Shown here piece after piece: positions 36,593 to 45,839 of a DNA stretch of 64,000 nt. The stretch covers positions 1,120-65,119 of the forward strand of contig DATGWP010000024.1 in NCBI GenBank assembly GCA_035299425.1. Direction: 5' to 3'. Made by a program: the position numbers and the translations under genes. Below the pieces are notes generated by a model. The model did no database searches and was not told where the DNA came from. It saw only the letters and a program-made list of their open reading frames with translations. This DNA is from Chitinophagales bacterium (GTDB lineage: Bacteria; Bacteroidota; Bacteroidia; Chitinophagales; LD1). Every line of letters starts with the position of its first letter. The stretch's first letter is position 1.

Positions 36593-38701
36593 TTATTCGT
36601 TCTCGTTTATCAGTTTGCCGTCTAACTCGCCTATAACTTTAAACTCGGTTCTTCTGTTTAGCTGGTGGCAGGCACAATCGCCACTTTGGTCTTGCGGACA
36701 GTCGGCGTACTTGGTGCAATCGTCGAGCGTTTTTGTTTCGCCATAGCCCTTGGCAGTAATACGCGCCTTAGGTATGCCTTTCTCGTTTATCAGGTAGTTA
36801 ACGCAACTTTCGGCGCGCTTTTGGCTCAGGCTGCGATTGTACTCATCGCTACCGCGCACATCGGTGTGCGAGCTTAGCTCGATGATGATTGTAGGGTTCT
36901 CAACCAGGATATTGTAAAGTGTATCCAGCGTTTTTTTAGAATCTGCGCGCAGGTCCGACTTATCGAAATCGTAATAGATATTGTTGAGGCGGTAGGCTTT
37001 ATCCTTCTCAAACTTCTTCATATAAATATCTATTACCTGTGTATCGCTTTTGCTGATACCGGTTGTAGCAAACACCTGAGAAGCCGCAAAGTAACCGGTT
37101 TGTGATGCAGATACTTTGTAAAACTTTTCGGGCTTAAGGTTGAAGAAGTATGGGGTTTCTCCGCGCGAAGAATCGTTGGCAATAATCAAATCTCCTTCGG
37201 TAGTATTTTCGCTGCGTAACGATAGGTTAACGGCTGCACCGCTGATAGGCTGGCCGGTAGCTTCATCTATTACACGGCCTTTAACCGCCAGGAAAAAGCG
37301 GCGGTCGTATTTGTAGCTAAAAATATCGTAACAGCAAGTAGTACCCCGCACTGAAAAAATACCGGGACGGTTAGATACCAGGTAACCTTCTTCGCTGTTT
37401 TTGGCATAACGGAAGTAGTTATCATCGCAAGCGCTGTTGAACGGCGCACCTAAGTTTTCGGCTGTGTTGTTGAACTTTCCGCTGGCATCTGCCTGCGATT
37501 TAAAAATATCGGTGCCACCCATATTGATAAACCCATTGCTGCTATAGTACAGCGTATTGGTTTTAGAATCGAAAAACGGAGTCAGCTCATCGCGGTCGCT
37601 GTTTACTTTAATGCCGGGGTTACGTGGCGCACCAAACTCTCCTGTCTTTTTATTCACCTGGCTTATCCATATATCAAAGCCACCTTTGCCACCTTCGCGG
37701 TTAGAAACAAAATACAGCGTTTCAATGCCGTTTGTTTTGGCATAATACGGCTGTGTATTGCTGGATTTAGGTGCATTAATTTCAGGGCCCAGCGCTTTGC
37801 CTTTGCTCCACTCCAGATCTTTCATCTCGCTCATGTATATCTGGCATACCGGTGTAAGCAAGCCATCGCAAATAGTATAGAACATCTTGTTGCCATCTTC
37901 GCTAAACGATGGGTTAGAGATGTGCTTGCCTTCTTCGTCGAATGTTTTAACCTGTGTTTTAGCGCTGTAGGTTTCGCCGCTAACGTTAGCTGTAAACAGT
38001 TTTACCTGTGCATCAGCTTTGTTGCTATCAGCCCTATCGGGGCGCATGGATAATACGGTATCGCTGTTGATGCTGGCAAAGTAGAGCACATCGTTACGCA
38101 GAGCTGGCGCCATATCGGCGTAGTTGCTGTTTACCTCTTTACCTATGTGGTGGATTTTTACAAATGGGTCTGGCTTGGCTTCTTTAATAGCGAAGTTGCA
38201 GCCATCGCTTTCTATGCGTGCCCACTTCTTCATTTTTACGGCATCGGCCTCTTTATATATTTTAATAAAGCGCTTGAACATAGGTATAGCCTCGCTGTAC
38301 TTGCCCTGCATTTTGGTAGTAAGCGCAGCAAAGTATAAGGCGCGGGTGTTGCTTACTGAGTCAGCATCGTAACAACGCTGAAAGTAAGTGGCTGCATTTT
38401 CGTAATCGCGGGCCAAGAAATAGGTTTGCGCCAGGTTAAAAAGAATGGACTTCTCTTCAGGTGAGTTCTCCAGTATTTTCAAATACAAATCGGTAGCAGC
38501 AAATATGCTCCCCTCGTTAAAAGCAGCATCGGCCTGCTTCATGTATTTTTTCTTGTTGTATTTGCCTGCACCATCAGCAGCACCGGCTACATTGGCCATG
38601 CATAGCATACAGGCCATAGCCACCAATGTATAAGCGGCCTTACTGCTAAATGTGCTCGAAATTAATTGGTATATATTTTTCATTCTTGGGTTCTGGGGCA
38701 A
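36593..38701 (-). CDS. PorE-like OmpA-family protein (TPR + TolB-like beta-propeller + carboxypeptidase-regulatory-like + OmpA_C peptidoglycan-binding domain)
   Basis: 702 aa. TPR-like N-terminus. Repeated propeller blades (LYFASINSD, MFYTICDG, LYFVSNREGGKGGFDIW, LYYSSNGF..GGTDIF). CRD segment (VKGRVIDEATGQPISGAAV). OmpA_C segment (NNIYYDFDKSDL...LSSHTDVRGSDEYNRSLSQKRAES). Confidence 0.8.
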   Translation of the reverse strand: MPQNPRMKNIYQLISSTFSSKAAYTLVAMACMLCMANVAGAADGAGKYNKKKYMKQADAAFNEGSIFAATDLYLKILENSPEEKSILFNLAQTYFLARDYENAATYFQRCYDADSVSNTRALYFAALTTKMQGKYSEAIPMFKRFIKIYKEADAVKMKKWARIESDGCNFAIKEAKPDPFVKIHHIGKEVNSNYADMAPALRNDVLYFASINSDTVLSMRPDRADSNKADAQVKLFTANVSGETYSAKTQVKTFDEEGKHISNPSFSEDGNKMFYTICDGLLTPVCQIYMSEMKDLEWSKGKALGPEINAPKSSNTQPYYAKTNGIETLYFVSNREGGKGGFDIWISQVNKKTGEFGAPRNPGIKVNSDRDELTPFFDSKTNTLYYSSNGFINMGGTDIFKSQADASGKFNNTAENLGAPFNSACDDNYFRYAKNSEEGYLVSNRPGIFSVRGTTCCYDIFSYKYDRRFFLAVKGRVIDEATGQPISGAAVNLSLRSENTTEGDLIIANDSSRGETPYFFNLKPEKFYKVSASQTGYFAASQVFATTGISKSDTQVIDIYMKKFEKDKAYRLNNIYYDFDKSDLRADSKKTLDTLYNILVENPTIIIELSSHTDVRGSDEYNRSLSQKRAESCVNYLINEKGIPKARITAKGYGETKTLDDCTKYADCPQDQSGDCACHQLNRRTEFKVIGELDGKLINENE

Positions 38702-38722
38702 TTGGGTTATCTAATTCAAAAC

Positions 38723-39802
38723 CTACATCATAGGGCAAGGCACCAATATTGGGGTGCTTAGGTTGCTTCGCTTAAAGCAGCCCTGGTAAATAATGGCTAA
38801 CTCAAAACCACCGCGGCTACCGGTAGCCCCTTTCAGGCTGCTGGTATTAATATCGTAAGCAAACAAAAATTTGGTATTGAACACCTGCACACCGGCGTTT
38901 ATTACAGCGGCATCGGTGCCTGTAATGCGGTACCAGCCACCTATGCTTGGCACCACCAATGTCTTCGCTGTTTGAATATGGTATTCGAAACCGGTACCCA
39001 CGTTGGCCTCCATAGCCTTGTTTTGATACTGGAATATAAAGTTAGGGGTGATGTAAAAATTCTTTACCGGACGGATGCGCAGGCCCTCGTGTACTGTAAA
39101 GCGCATAGGCAGCTTTACGCTCTTATCGCCCAGGAAAGTTTCTTTGGGCTGCACTAAGTGATACACTGTGAAGCCAGTCATCATACCAATTACATCGTTA
39201 AAAGCGCTTTGGTGCAACAGGCCCGCCTGCATATCGAAATAACCTTTAGGCTTTACAAAGTTTTCGCCGTTGTTCTGGTTCAGGTTAAAATCCTGCATAC
39301 CATTATCGAATTGCGCAGGGAAAGCCAATTGCTGCCATTGCAGGCTTTTAACGGTATAGCCCAGCTGAATACCCAGGCCCAGAAAGTGGCGGTGGCTTTT
39401 GCCCAGCCCCTTATGAAAGGCGGCCGAAAGCATGGCACTGCTCATGGTTAATTTGCTATCGCCGCTTTTGTCGCCTACAAACATAGCGCCTACTCCAAAA
39501 ATATCGTTGGGCAGCTTGTTCTGCAGCAGCTTCATATCGAAGGATGCCGAGTAGGTGTTAAAGGGTGTAGATATGCTTCGCCACTGGTTGCGGTATATGC
39601 CGGCTGCCCTATAGCTACAATCTGTAACACCGGTTAGCGCCGGGTTAAGGTTTAGGGGGCTGGCATAAAACATACTAAAGTGGATATCCTGGGCGCTTAA
39701 CCGCATGGTAGCACTAACAACGGTAAAGGCAATAAATAGACGTATAAGTATCTTCAATCGGTAGGTTTTAATAATTGCATTAAAAATAGGAAAAATCATC
39801 AC
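38723..39802 (-). CDS. PorP/SprF-family type IX secretion system membrane protein
   Basis: 359 aa. Signal peptide followed by QDIHFSMFYASPLNLNPALTG, the family's N-terminal signature. Beta-barrel-like alternating sequence. Confidence 0.85.
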   Translation of the reverse strand: MMIFPIFNAIIKTYRLKILIRLFIAFTVVSATMRLSAQDIHFSMFYASPLNLNPALTGVTDCSYRAAGIYRNQWRSISTPFNTYSASFDMKLLQNKLPNDIFGVGAMFVGDKSGDSKLTMSSAMLSAAFHKGLGKSHRHFLGLGIQLGYTVKSLQWQQLAFPAQFDNGMQDFNLNQNNGENFVKPKGYFDMQAGLLHQSAFNDVIGMMTGFTVYHLVQPKETFLGDKSVKLPMRFTVHEGLRIRPVKNFYITPNFIFQYQNKAMEANVGTGFEYHIQTAKTLVVPSIGGWYRITGTDAAVINAGVQVFNTKFLFAYDINTSSLKGATGSRGGFELAIIYQGCFKRSNLSTPILVPCPMM

Positions 39803-39859
39803 GCCAAGGAAAGTGAAAAGGATTTATTTATTTTCGGGTTACAAATTTACGTTCAGCAT

Positions 39860-40048
39860 ATGAAGACTATCCTTTTGTTTTTTGCCATGGCAGCCATCCT
39901 GTTTTCGGTTAACTCGTGCAAAAACTGCACTGTATGCCACAACTACCCTGCTGCCGATGTAGAGTTATGCAAAAAGGATTTTGCCAGCGATGATTCGTAT
40001 AACTCTGCCTTCCGCTCGTATGAGGGCATGGGGTATGAGTGTGATTAA
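39860..40048 (+). CDS. Small Cys-rich predicted lipoprotein (62 aa), paralog of 45430..45624
   Basis: Signal peptide with lipobox (FSVNSC), then CKNCTVC...ELC...YEC. The cysteine spacing is the same as in the 64-aa ORF at 45430..45624. Confidence 0.6.
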   Translation: MKTILLFFAMAAILFSVNSCKNCTVCHNYPAADVELCKKDFASDDSYNSAFRSYEGMGYECD

Positions 40049-40255
40049 AGGCCGGCCCTTAAATCCCGACCACCTCGTCTCGCTTCGCGAGCCACTCCTC
40101 CTTAAATGCCGCCGTGTTGCGGCGAAGGAGGAGAGTTTAACAGCCCCAACGCAGTAACAGCCAATACAAAATGTGTTTGCCACATGGGCACAAAGAAGGG
40201 CGGAATACAGCCTATGCAGCTGCAGAAAAAAACACACTTTTTTGCGAAGCGCAAA

Positions 40256-40357
40256 ATGTGTCAACCCAAAACACAATTAACCAGCTGATTATCAGGAAAG
40301 TAAAATTTTAGGTGTCAACCCAAAACTTGAGAATGTGTCAACCTGGGTGTTTTGGGA
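40256..40357. repeat. Three direct copies of GTGTCAACC(C/T) plus an inverted repeat CCCAAAAC / GTTTTGGG in an intergenic region
   Basis: Copies at 40258-40274, 40312-40328 and 40335-40343. CCCAAAAC (40319-40326) pairs with GTTTTGGG (40349-40356). Further hairpins lie upstream (CTCCTCCTT...AAGGAGGAG, about 40096-40134). Confidence 0.5.
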
Positions 40358-40443
40358 TTACATTTTTTATATTAAAATAAATAATAATTTATTGAATGTA
40401 AAAGTATAGTACTCTATTGCTATCCTCTTTTAGTATACCCACT

Positions 40444-43400
40444 CTATAACTTAATGAGCTTTTGGGTGAAGATGTTGCCATTAGCCGAAACACGGATGGT
40501 ATATACTCCAGCCGCAACAGTTATGCTTATTTCTGACCTGGCCGTAGTTACTTGTAAATGGTATACTAACCGGCCTGTTGCATCAAATATTTCTGCAATC
40601 ATACCCGGAATAAAATTTCCAACTTCCAAAGTCCAGTTACCGTTTTGCAAGGGATTGGGATATACAAGCACTTTCTGATCTGAAAGAACAGCGAGTCCAT
40701 TGTACAGAAACTGAACTGATGGAGATGTACCTGTGCAGCCATCGGCGTTGGTTACCTCTACAGAATAATTGCCGGATTGAATTGGCGCATAGGTTGCAGA
40801 TGTAGCACCAGGTATAGCCTGTGTTCCGACATACCATTGATAAGAAGCGCCCGGGCCTGCCTGCAACACCGCTCCGTTTACTGCTACGACCGGTGCCGGA
40901 ATTGACGATTGGATAATCACCAGTTCGTTAGAGGCAAAAGAGCAACTGGCCTCATCGGTTACAGTAACCAAATAAGAGCCGGGAGTAGAAACTGAAATGC
41001 ACTGCAAACTTTCGGTATTGCTCCACAAATAACTGCTGTACCCTCCCGGAGCGCATATTACAGCAGTATCGCTGCCACACAATACATTTCTATCTGTTAC
41101 AATTGTTGGACCGCCCATTCTAAATGGATTGAGTAAAATTACGGTATCGTAAACGCAGCCCATGGAATCAACAGCGCGGAAAGAATACACTCCCCCGGCC
41201 AGCGAACCAATTTGCGAATTGTTGCTGAAGATTACACTATCACGCATCCACACTATATCTACCGGTTGGGCAGCCGTAATGCCGGTAACTTCTATACTAC
41301 CATTGTTTAGCCCACAAGTAGGCTGTACTATAGCAAATGAGGCAGATACCGGTAGGCTTTGCTGCACATTAACCGATTGGGTTGCAGAACAAATACTATC
41401 GCTTACTGTAACGGAGTATATACCCGGCGATAGATTGGTGATATTATCCCCGGTGGTGCCGTTGCTCCATATATACGTATAACTGCCGGCGCCTGCAACC
41501 ATTGCCGTAACAGAACCATTATTGTAACCACAGGTAGTATTATGGGCTACTAAAACAAGCGGTAACACTGCTGATTCTACCACCTGTGTGGATGCAGTGG
41601 CCGAACACCCGGCGCCCTGACTGACAGTAACGGAATAATTGCCCCCCGGAAGATTAGCTATGGTAGCACCTGATGAATTGTTGCTCCATACATACGTATA
41701 GTTACCAGGCACCACCGGCGTAGCCGTTACGGTACCATTATTTTGCCCGCAATACGCATTAGTAGAAATTAATTCTACGTTAAATGAGTTAGTATCGCCC
41801 ACAACTATAGTAGCCACAGCAGGGCATGCTGCCGCATCGGACTCTATCAAGCTTACACTATCTATAGCAAAACCTGGGTCGGTGCCCTGACCATCGTTAT
41901 TATTAACCCAACGGAATGCAAATCTGAAATTCGATTTATCCTGAAAGGCTGAAGGTATATTTACAGTAGCATAGGAGCAGGCCTGCACATTGCTGTACTT
42001 TGTTGGCATATCTAACCATGTAAGGCCGCTATCGGCACTAAAACGAACCAGGCCATAATCGGATACACCATCTCCGCCCACCTGATACTTAAACTTCAAT
42101 GCAAGATGATCTCTACCCACCGTAGAAATAGGGGGAGAAATAGCGCAAACATCTGTAGTAGCTTCGCCTAATATGGGATTAGGAATTGGGGAGCCCTGAT
42201 TATAGGTACATTCGGCCTCACCCAGACATGCAAAAGAAGCAGGGTTACAAGTTATATGCAGGTAGTTGCCGGCATTACAGTTGCAATCTGTGTTATTATT
42301 AATTGTCCACAGATTAGGTGTTGCGCTATTGTTACCCGGCCCATTGGCAAAAGTCCATCCATTGGTAATGCTATTAAAATTTTCAGTATAAAAAATAAAA
42401 TCGGCTAAAGCAGCAGGGGTTACCGTAACTGTATAGCTACCTGGCGCAAGGCCTGCAATAGTAGAAGTTGTTTGCCCATTACTCCATAAATACGCATTGG
42501 CACCACCGTTTGCCATAGCCGTGGCTGTGCCATTGTTATTGCCACAAAATGCCGGCGTAGAATTAAAAACAAAAGATATATCAGCCGGTGCACCTTCTAT
42601 TACTGCACTATCAATAGAACTACAATTGCCCGGGCCCGTAACAGTAACATAATAAGTACCTACAGGCACATTACTAATTGCCGACGACCAGCTATTGTTA
42701 CTCCAGTGATACGTAAAAGGGCCAGTGCTATTGTCTACGGTAACAAAAGCATCGCCACCATGGCAGTTGTTGGTGGTGGTTACGGTAACAACCGGAGGCG
42801 TATAATCACCAACCTGGGCTACAGCAGTAGCTGAACAGCTTAGCCCATCTGTAACTGTTACCGTGTAACTACCCGCAGATAAGAAGTAAATTGAAGAATA
42901 CTGTCCGCCATTTGACCATGAATATTGAAAAGGCCCATTGCAACTTGCGACCTGCACCGTAGCAGCCCCATTACTTACATTACAATTGGTATTAGTAGTC
43001 AGAACATTTAAAGACATAGCGCACTCGTTTGGAGCTGCCGGAGAAATCTCCACATCATCTATATAATAATAGATATACGGATTTACGAAAGCCGGACCAC
43101 AATGATGGGGGCATACGGTAGTACTGGTATCGTTTTTAAAATTACCTATTATAAAATATTGTTCGCCGCCAGTAGCCGTATACAACCACTTCAACTCGAC
43201 CCAATTGGTGGTATCCATTATACACGGACCGCAATAGCTTAACTGCGGTGTTACATTAATTATGGGCTGGCCCGCGCAACCATCGCGCATATAAAGTGTA
43301 TTAGAAAAATAAACACCGATATCATCGCTGCCAGCCATTATATCTTCTGGCAGGCTTACATAAAACCGGACTATATATGACTGACCGGCTACCAAAGGAG

Positions 43401-43767
43401 AGGATGTGTGGCCCTGTATATATTCCCTGTAATTATCGTTTGCCAGGTTACAGGATGATTGCCCTTCTGCCAGGATAATGCCTGCATGATTTGTACCGGT
43501 ACGCGAAGGTTGATAGCCAAGCAGAGCATTAGGGCTGTTAGCGCCCCCATTAAGCGGAGAACAGGTAGCATAAATGTCGGTAGTAGTGCAGCTGTTTGAT
43601 CCGCTATTGCCAGTAGACCAGTCCACCACGAGCGGAAACTCGCTTATGCCACCCGGACATGCGGTTACAACTTCGAAGGATGGGTTAAGAACGAGATTTT
43701 GAGATCTGGCGCTAAATGCTGCTAAACAGCAACACCACAGCAGGATAATGTGCCGGGTTTTTTTCAT
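40444..43767 (-). CDS. T9SS type-A cargo with multiple SprB-type repeats and an embedded beta-sandwich module
   Basis: 1107 aa. Signal peptide. Recurring C.(x)NNG..TA...GG...Y.Y.WSNG.T...I..L..G.Y.VTVT....C repeats. C-terminus VLVYPNPLQNGNWTLEV...VYTIRVSANG..FTQKLIKL. Confidence 0.85.
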   Translation of the reverse strand: MKKTRHIILLWCCCLAAFSARSQNLVLNPSFEVVTACPGGISEFPLVVDWSTGNSGSNSCTTTDIYATCSPLNGGANSPNALLGYQPSRTGTNHAGIILAEGQSSCNLANDNYREYIQGHTSSPLVAGQSYIVRFYVSLPEDIMAGSDDIGVYFSNTLYMRDGCAGQPIINVTPQLSYCGPCIMDTTNWVELKWLYTATGGEQYFIIGNFKNDTSTTVCPHHCGPAFVNPYIYYYIDDVEISPAAPNECAMSLNVLTTNTNCNVSNGAATVQVASCNGPFQYSWSNGGQYSSIYFLSAGSYTVTVTDGLSCSATAVAQVGDYTPPVVTVTTTNNCHGGDAFVTVDNSTGPFTYHWSNNSWSSAISNVPVGTYYVTVTGPGNCSSIDSAVIEGAPADISFVFNSTPAFCGNNNGTATAMANGGANAYLWSNGQTTSTIAGLAPGSYTVTVTPAALADFIFYTENFNSITNGWTFANGPGNNSATPNLWTINNNTDCNCNAGNYLHITCNPASFACLGEAECTYNQGSPIPNPILGEATTDVCAISPPISTVGRDHLALKFKYQVGGDGVSDYGLVRFSADSGLTWLDMPTKYSNVQACSYATVNIPSAFQDKSNFRFAFRWVNNNDGQGTDPGFAIDSVSLIESDAAACPAVATIVVGDTNSFNVELISTNAYCGQNNGTVTATPVVPGNYTYVWSNNSSGATIANLPGGNYSVTVSQGAGCSATASTQVVESAVLPLVLVAHNTTCGYNNGSVTAMVAGAGSYTYIWSNGTTGDNITNLSPGIYSVTVSDSICSATQSVNVQQSLPVSASFAIVQPTCGLNNGSIEVTGITAAQPVDIVWMRDSVIFSNNSQIGSLAGGVYSFRAVDSMGCVYDTVILLNPFRMGGPTIVTDRNVLCGSDTAVICAPGGYSSYLWSNTESLQCISVSTPGSYLVTVTDEASCSFASNELVIIQSSIPAPVVAVNGAVLQAGPGASYQWYVGTQAIPGATSATYAPIQSGNYSVEVTNADGCTGTSPSVQFLYNGLAVLSDQKVLVYPNPLQNGNWTLEVGNFIPGMIAEIFDATGRLVYHLQVTTARSEISITVAAGVYTIRVSANGNIFTQKLIKL

Positions 43768-43821
43768 AGTGTTCAGGTTATAGGTAACACTAATATATAA
43801 AAAGGTTCTGGATTTGACCTA

Positions 43822-43858
43822 AAACAAAAAAAGAGCAACCCCTTTCGAGATTGCTCTT
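43822..43858 (-). terminator. Rho-independent terminator after ahcY
   Basis: Stem AGAGCAA (43832-43838) / TTGCTCT (43851-43857). On the minus strand it is followed by UUUUUUUGUUUU. Confidence 0.7.
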
Positions 43859-43906
43859 TATATTTTTTAAGGCCGCCGGCGTGAGCCAACGACCTGAAAG
43901 TTAATA

Positions 43907-45226
43907 CTAGTAACGGTAAGCCTCTGGCTTGTAAGGGCCGGTCTTTTTAACGCCGATGTAGTTGGCTTGCTTGTCGTTCAGTTCTTCTAATTCCACACCA
44001 ATTTTCTCAAGGTGTAGTTTAGCTACCATTTCGTCCAGGTGCTTAGGCAAAGTGTAAACGCGGTTTTCGTAGCGTTCTGCATGCTGCCATAATTCTAACT
44101 GGGCAAGTGTTTGGTTGGTGAACGAGTTGCTCATTACAAACGAAGGGTGGCCTGTTGCGCAACCTAAGTTAACCAAGCGGCCTTCGGCCAATACGATGAT
44201 ATCTTTACCATCTACAGTGTACTTATCTACCTGTGGCTTGATAACATCTTTGGTAGTGCCATAGTTAGCGTTTAACCATGCCATATCAATTTCGTTATCG
44301 AAGTGGCCAATGTTGCACACTACAGCGTTGTGTTTCATAGCACGGAAGTGCTTATCCTGTATAATATCGCAGTTACCGGTAGCAGTTACAATGATGTCAG
44401 CCTCGGCAATGGCAGTGTCCATTTTCTTAACTTCGTAGCCTTCCATAGCTGCCTGAAGTGCGCAGATAGGGTCGATTTCGGTTACAATAACACGCACACC
44501 TGCGTTGCTTAATGAATCGGCAGAACCTTTACCTACATCGCCAAAACCAGCTACAACAGCTACTTTACCGGCCATCATAAGGTCAGTTGCACGACGGATA
44601 GCATCTACTAAGCTTTCGCGGCAGCCGTACTTGTTATCAAACTTAGATTTGGTAACAGAGTCGTTGATGTTGATAGCAGGCAATAAAAGCGAGCCATTCT
44701 TTTCTCTCTCATATAAACGGTGAACACCGGTAGTAGTCTCTTCAGAGATACCACGGATGCCTTGTACCAACTCAGGGTATTTATCAAATACCATGTTGGT
44801 AAGGTCGCCACCATCATCTAATATCATGTTCAAAGCCTTGCCGCCTTCGAAAGCGAAAAGAGTTTGCTCGATACACCAGTTAAATTCTTCCTCGTTCATA
44901 CCTTTCCAGGCAAACACAGGGAAACCTGCAGCAGCAATAGCAGCAGCAGCCTGATCTTGTGTAGAGAAGATATTGCATGAACTCCAGGTAACTTCTGCAC
45001 CCAGTTCGGCAAGTGTTTCAATCAAAACAGCTGTTTGAATGGTCATGTGCAGACAGCCGGCAATACGAGCACCTTTCAGGGGCTTCTCTTTACCATGCTT
45101 GGCGCGCAGGGCCATTAATCCCGGCATTTCGGCCTCAGCCAATTTAATTTCTTTACGGCCCCACTCTGCAAGGCTCATATCTTTTACTTTGTAGTTCACC
45201 TTTGTTTCGGTTGATGTATTTGACAT
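43907..45226 (-). CDS. ahcY: Adenosylhomocysteinase
   Basis: 439 aa. [30 protein letters not shown] at the N-terminus. NAD-binding [11 protein letters not shown]-terminal [10 protein letters not shown]. Confidence 0.95.
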   Translation of the reverse strand: MSNTSTETKVNYKVKDMSLAEWGRKEIKLAEAEMPGLMALRAKHGKEKPLKGARIAGCLHMTIQTAVLIETLAELGAEVTWSSCNIFSTQDQAAAAIAAAGFPVFAWKGMNEEEFNWCIEQTLFAFEGGKALNMILDDGGDLTNMVFDKYPELVQGIRGISEETTTGVHRLYEREKNGSLLLPAININDSVTKSKFDNKYGCRESLVDAIRRATDLMMAGKVAVVAGFGDVGKGSADSLSNAGVRVIVTEIDPICALQAAMEGYEVKKMDTAIAEADIIVTATGNCDIIQDKHFRAMKHNAVVCNIGHFDNEIDMAWLNANYGTTKDVIKPQVDKYTVDGKDIIVLAEGRLVNLGCATGHPSFVMSNSFTNQTLAQLELWQHAERYENRVYTLPKHLDEMVAKLHLEKIGVELEELNDKQANYIGVKKTGPYKPEAYRY

Positions 45227-45245
45227 AGTTTAATTTTAGAAGGCG

Positions 45246-45253
45246 CAAATTTA
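45246..45253 (-). promoter_or_regulatory. Candidate -7 box TAAATTTG for ahcY
   Basis: Exact TAnnTTTG match on the minus strand, 19 nt upstream of the ahcY ATG. Confidence 0.4.
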
Positions 45254-45374
45254 CTAAAAAACAGGACAATTTATGTGGTTTATTAAGCGGATTAGTTAAT
45301 AAGTGTGTGGGTTAACAATCGGCTGCATATACCCTTGTAAAACAATGATTTGGGAAATTTGTTCGATAAAGCTG

Positions 45375-45404
45375 ATAAAAAAAGCCGTTTCTTTCGAAAC
45401 GGCT
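45375..45404 (-). terminator. Rho-independent terminator after the small lipoprotein gene
   Basis: Stem AGCCGTTTC (45383-45391) / GAAACGGCT (45396-45404). On the minus strand it is followed by UUUUUUU. Confidence 0.75.
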
Positions 45405-45429
45405 CTTACAATTAAATTTGAATTAACGA

Positions 45430-45624
45430 CTAGTCCCAAGTACCACCACTTGCAGTGCAAGCAGCCTTAAGGGCGTCAAGCTGCGTAGAAGAGTAATCAT
45501 CTGAGCAGTACTCAGACTTAGTACCGCTAACAGTACAGGTGTTACAGCCTTTTTTACATGACGAAACTGAAGTAGAAAGGGCTGCAAGAGCCAAAACAGA
45601 GAACAATAACTTTTTCATAGTCAA
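45430..45624 (-). CDS. Small Cys-rich predicted lipoprotein (64 aa), paralog of 39860..40048
   Basis: Signal peptide with lipobox (SVSSC), then CKKGCNTC...EYC...AAC. Has its own terminator. Confidence 0.6.
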   Translation of the reverse strand: MTMKKLLFSVLALAALSTSVSSCKKGCNTCTVSGTKSEYCSDDYSSTQLDALKAACTASGGTWD

Positions 45625-45839
45625 ATTGGGGTTTAAATGAAATAATAAAATAAATATATGGCTTTATATTTAACTGCAAAATTTTCGCGCATATTTTTTT
45701 ATTTACCCAATCAACTAATTATCAACACGTAAACTTACTTCTCGCCCGGTAATGAGAGTACAGATATATACTTAAAAAGAAGTAAGATATGAGCTAATTT
45801 GGGCAATAAAAAGGAGAATTACGCAAAATAATATATGGT

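Noticed and set aside
39965-40288. ORFs of 103 aa (minus) and 60 aa (plus) in the 40.0-40.4 kb intergenic region
   Set aside because: They overlap each other on opposite strands and have Arg/Cys/His-rich atypical composition. They coincide with hairpin and repeat structures and show no recognisable motifs.
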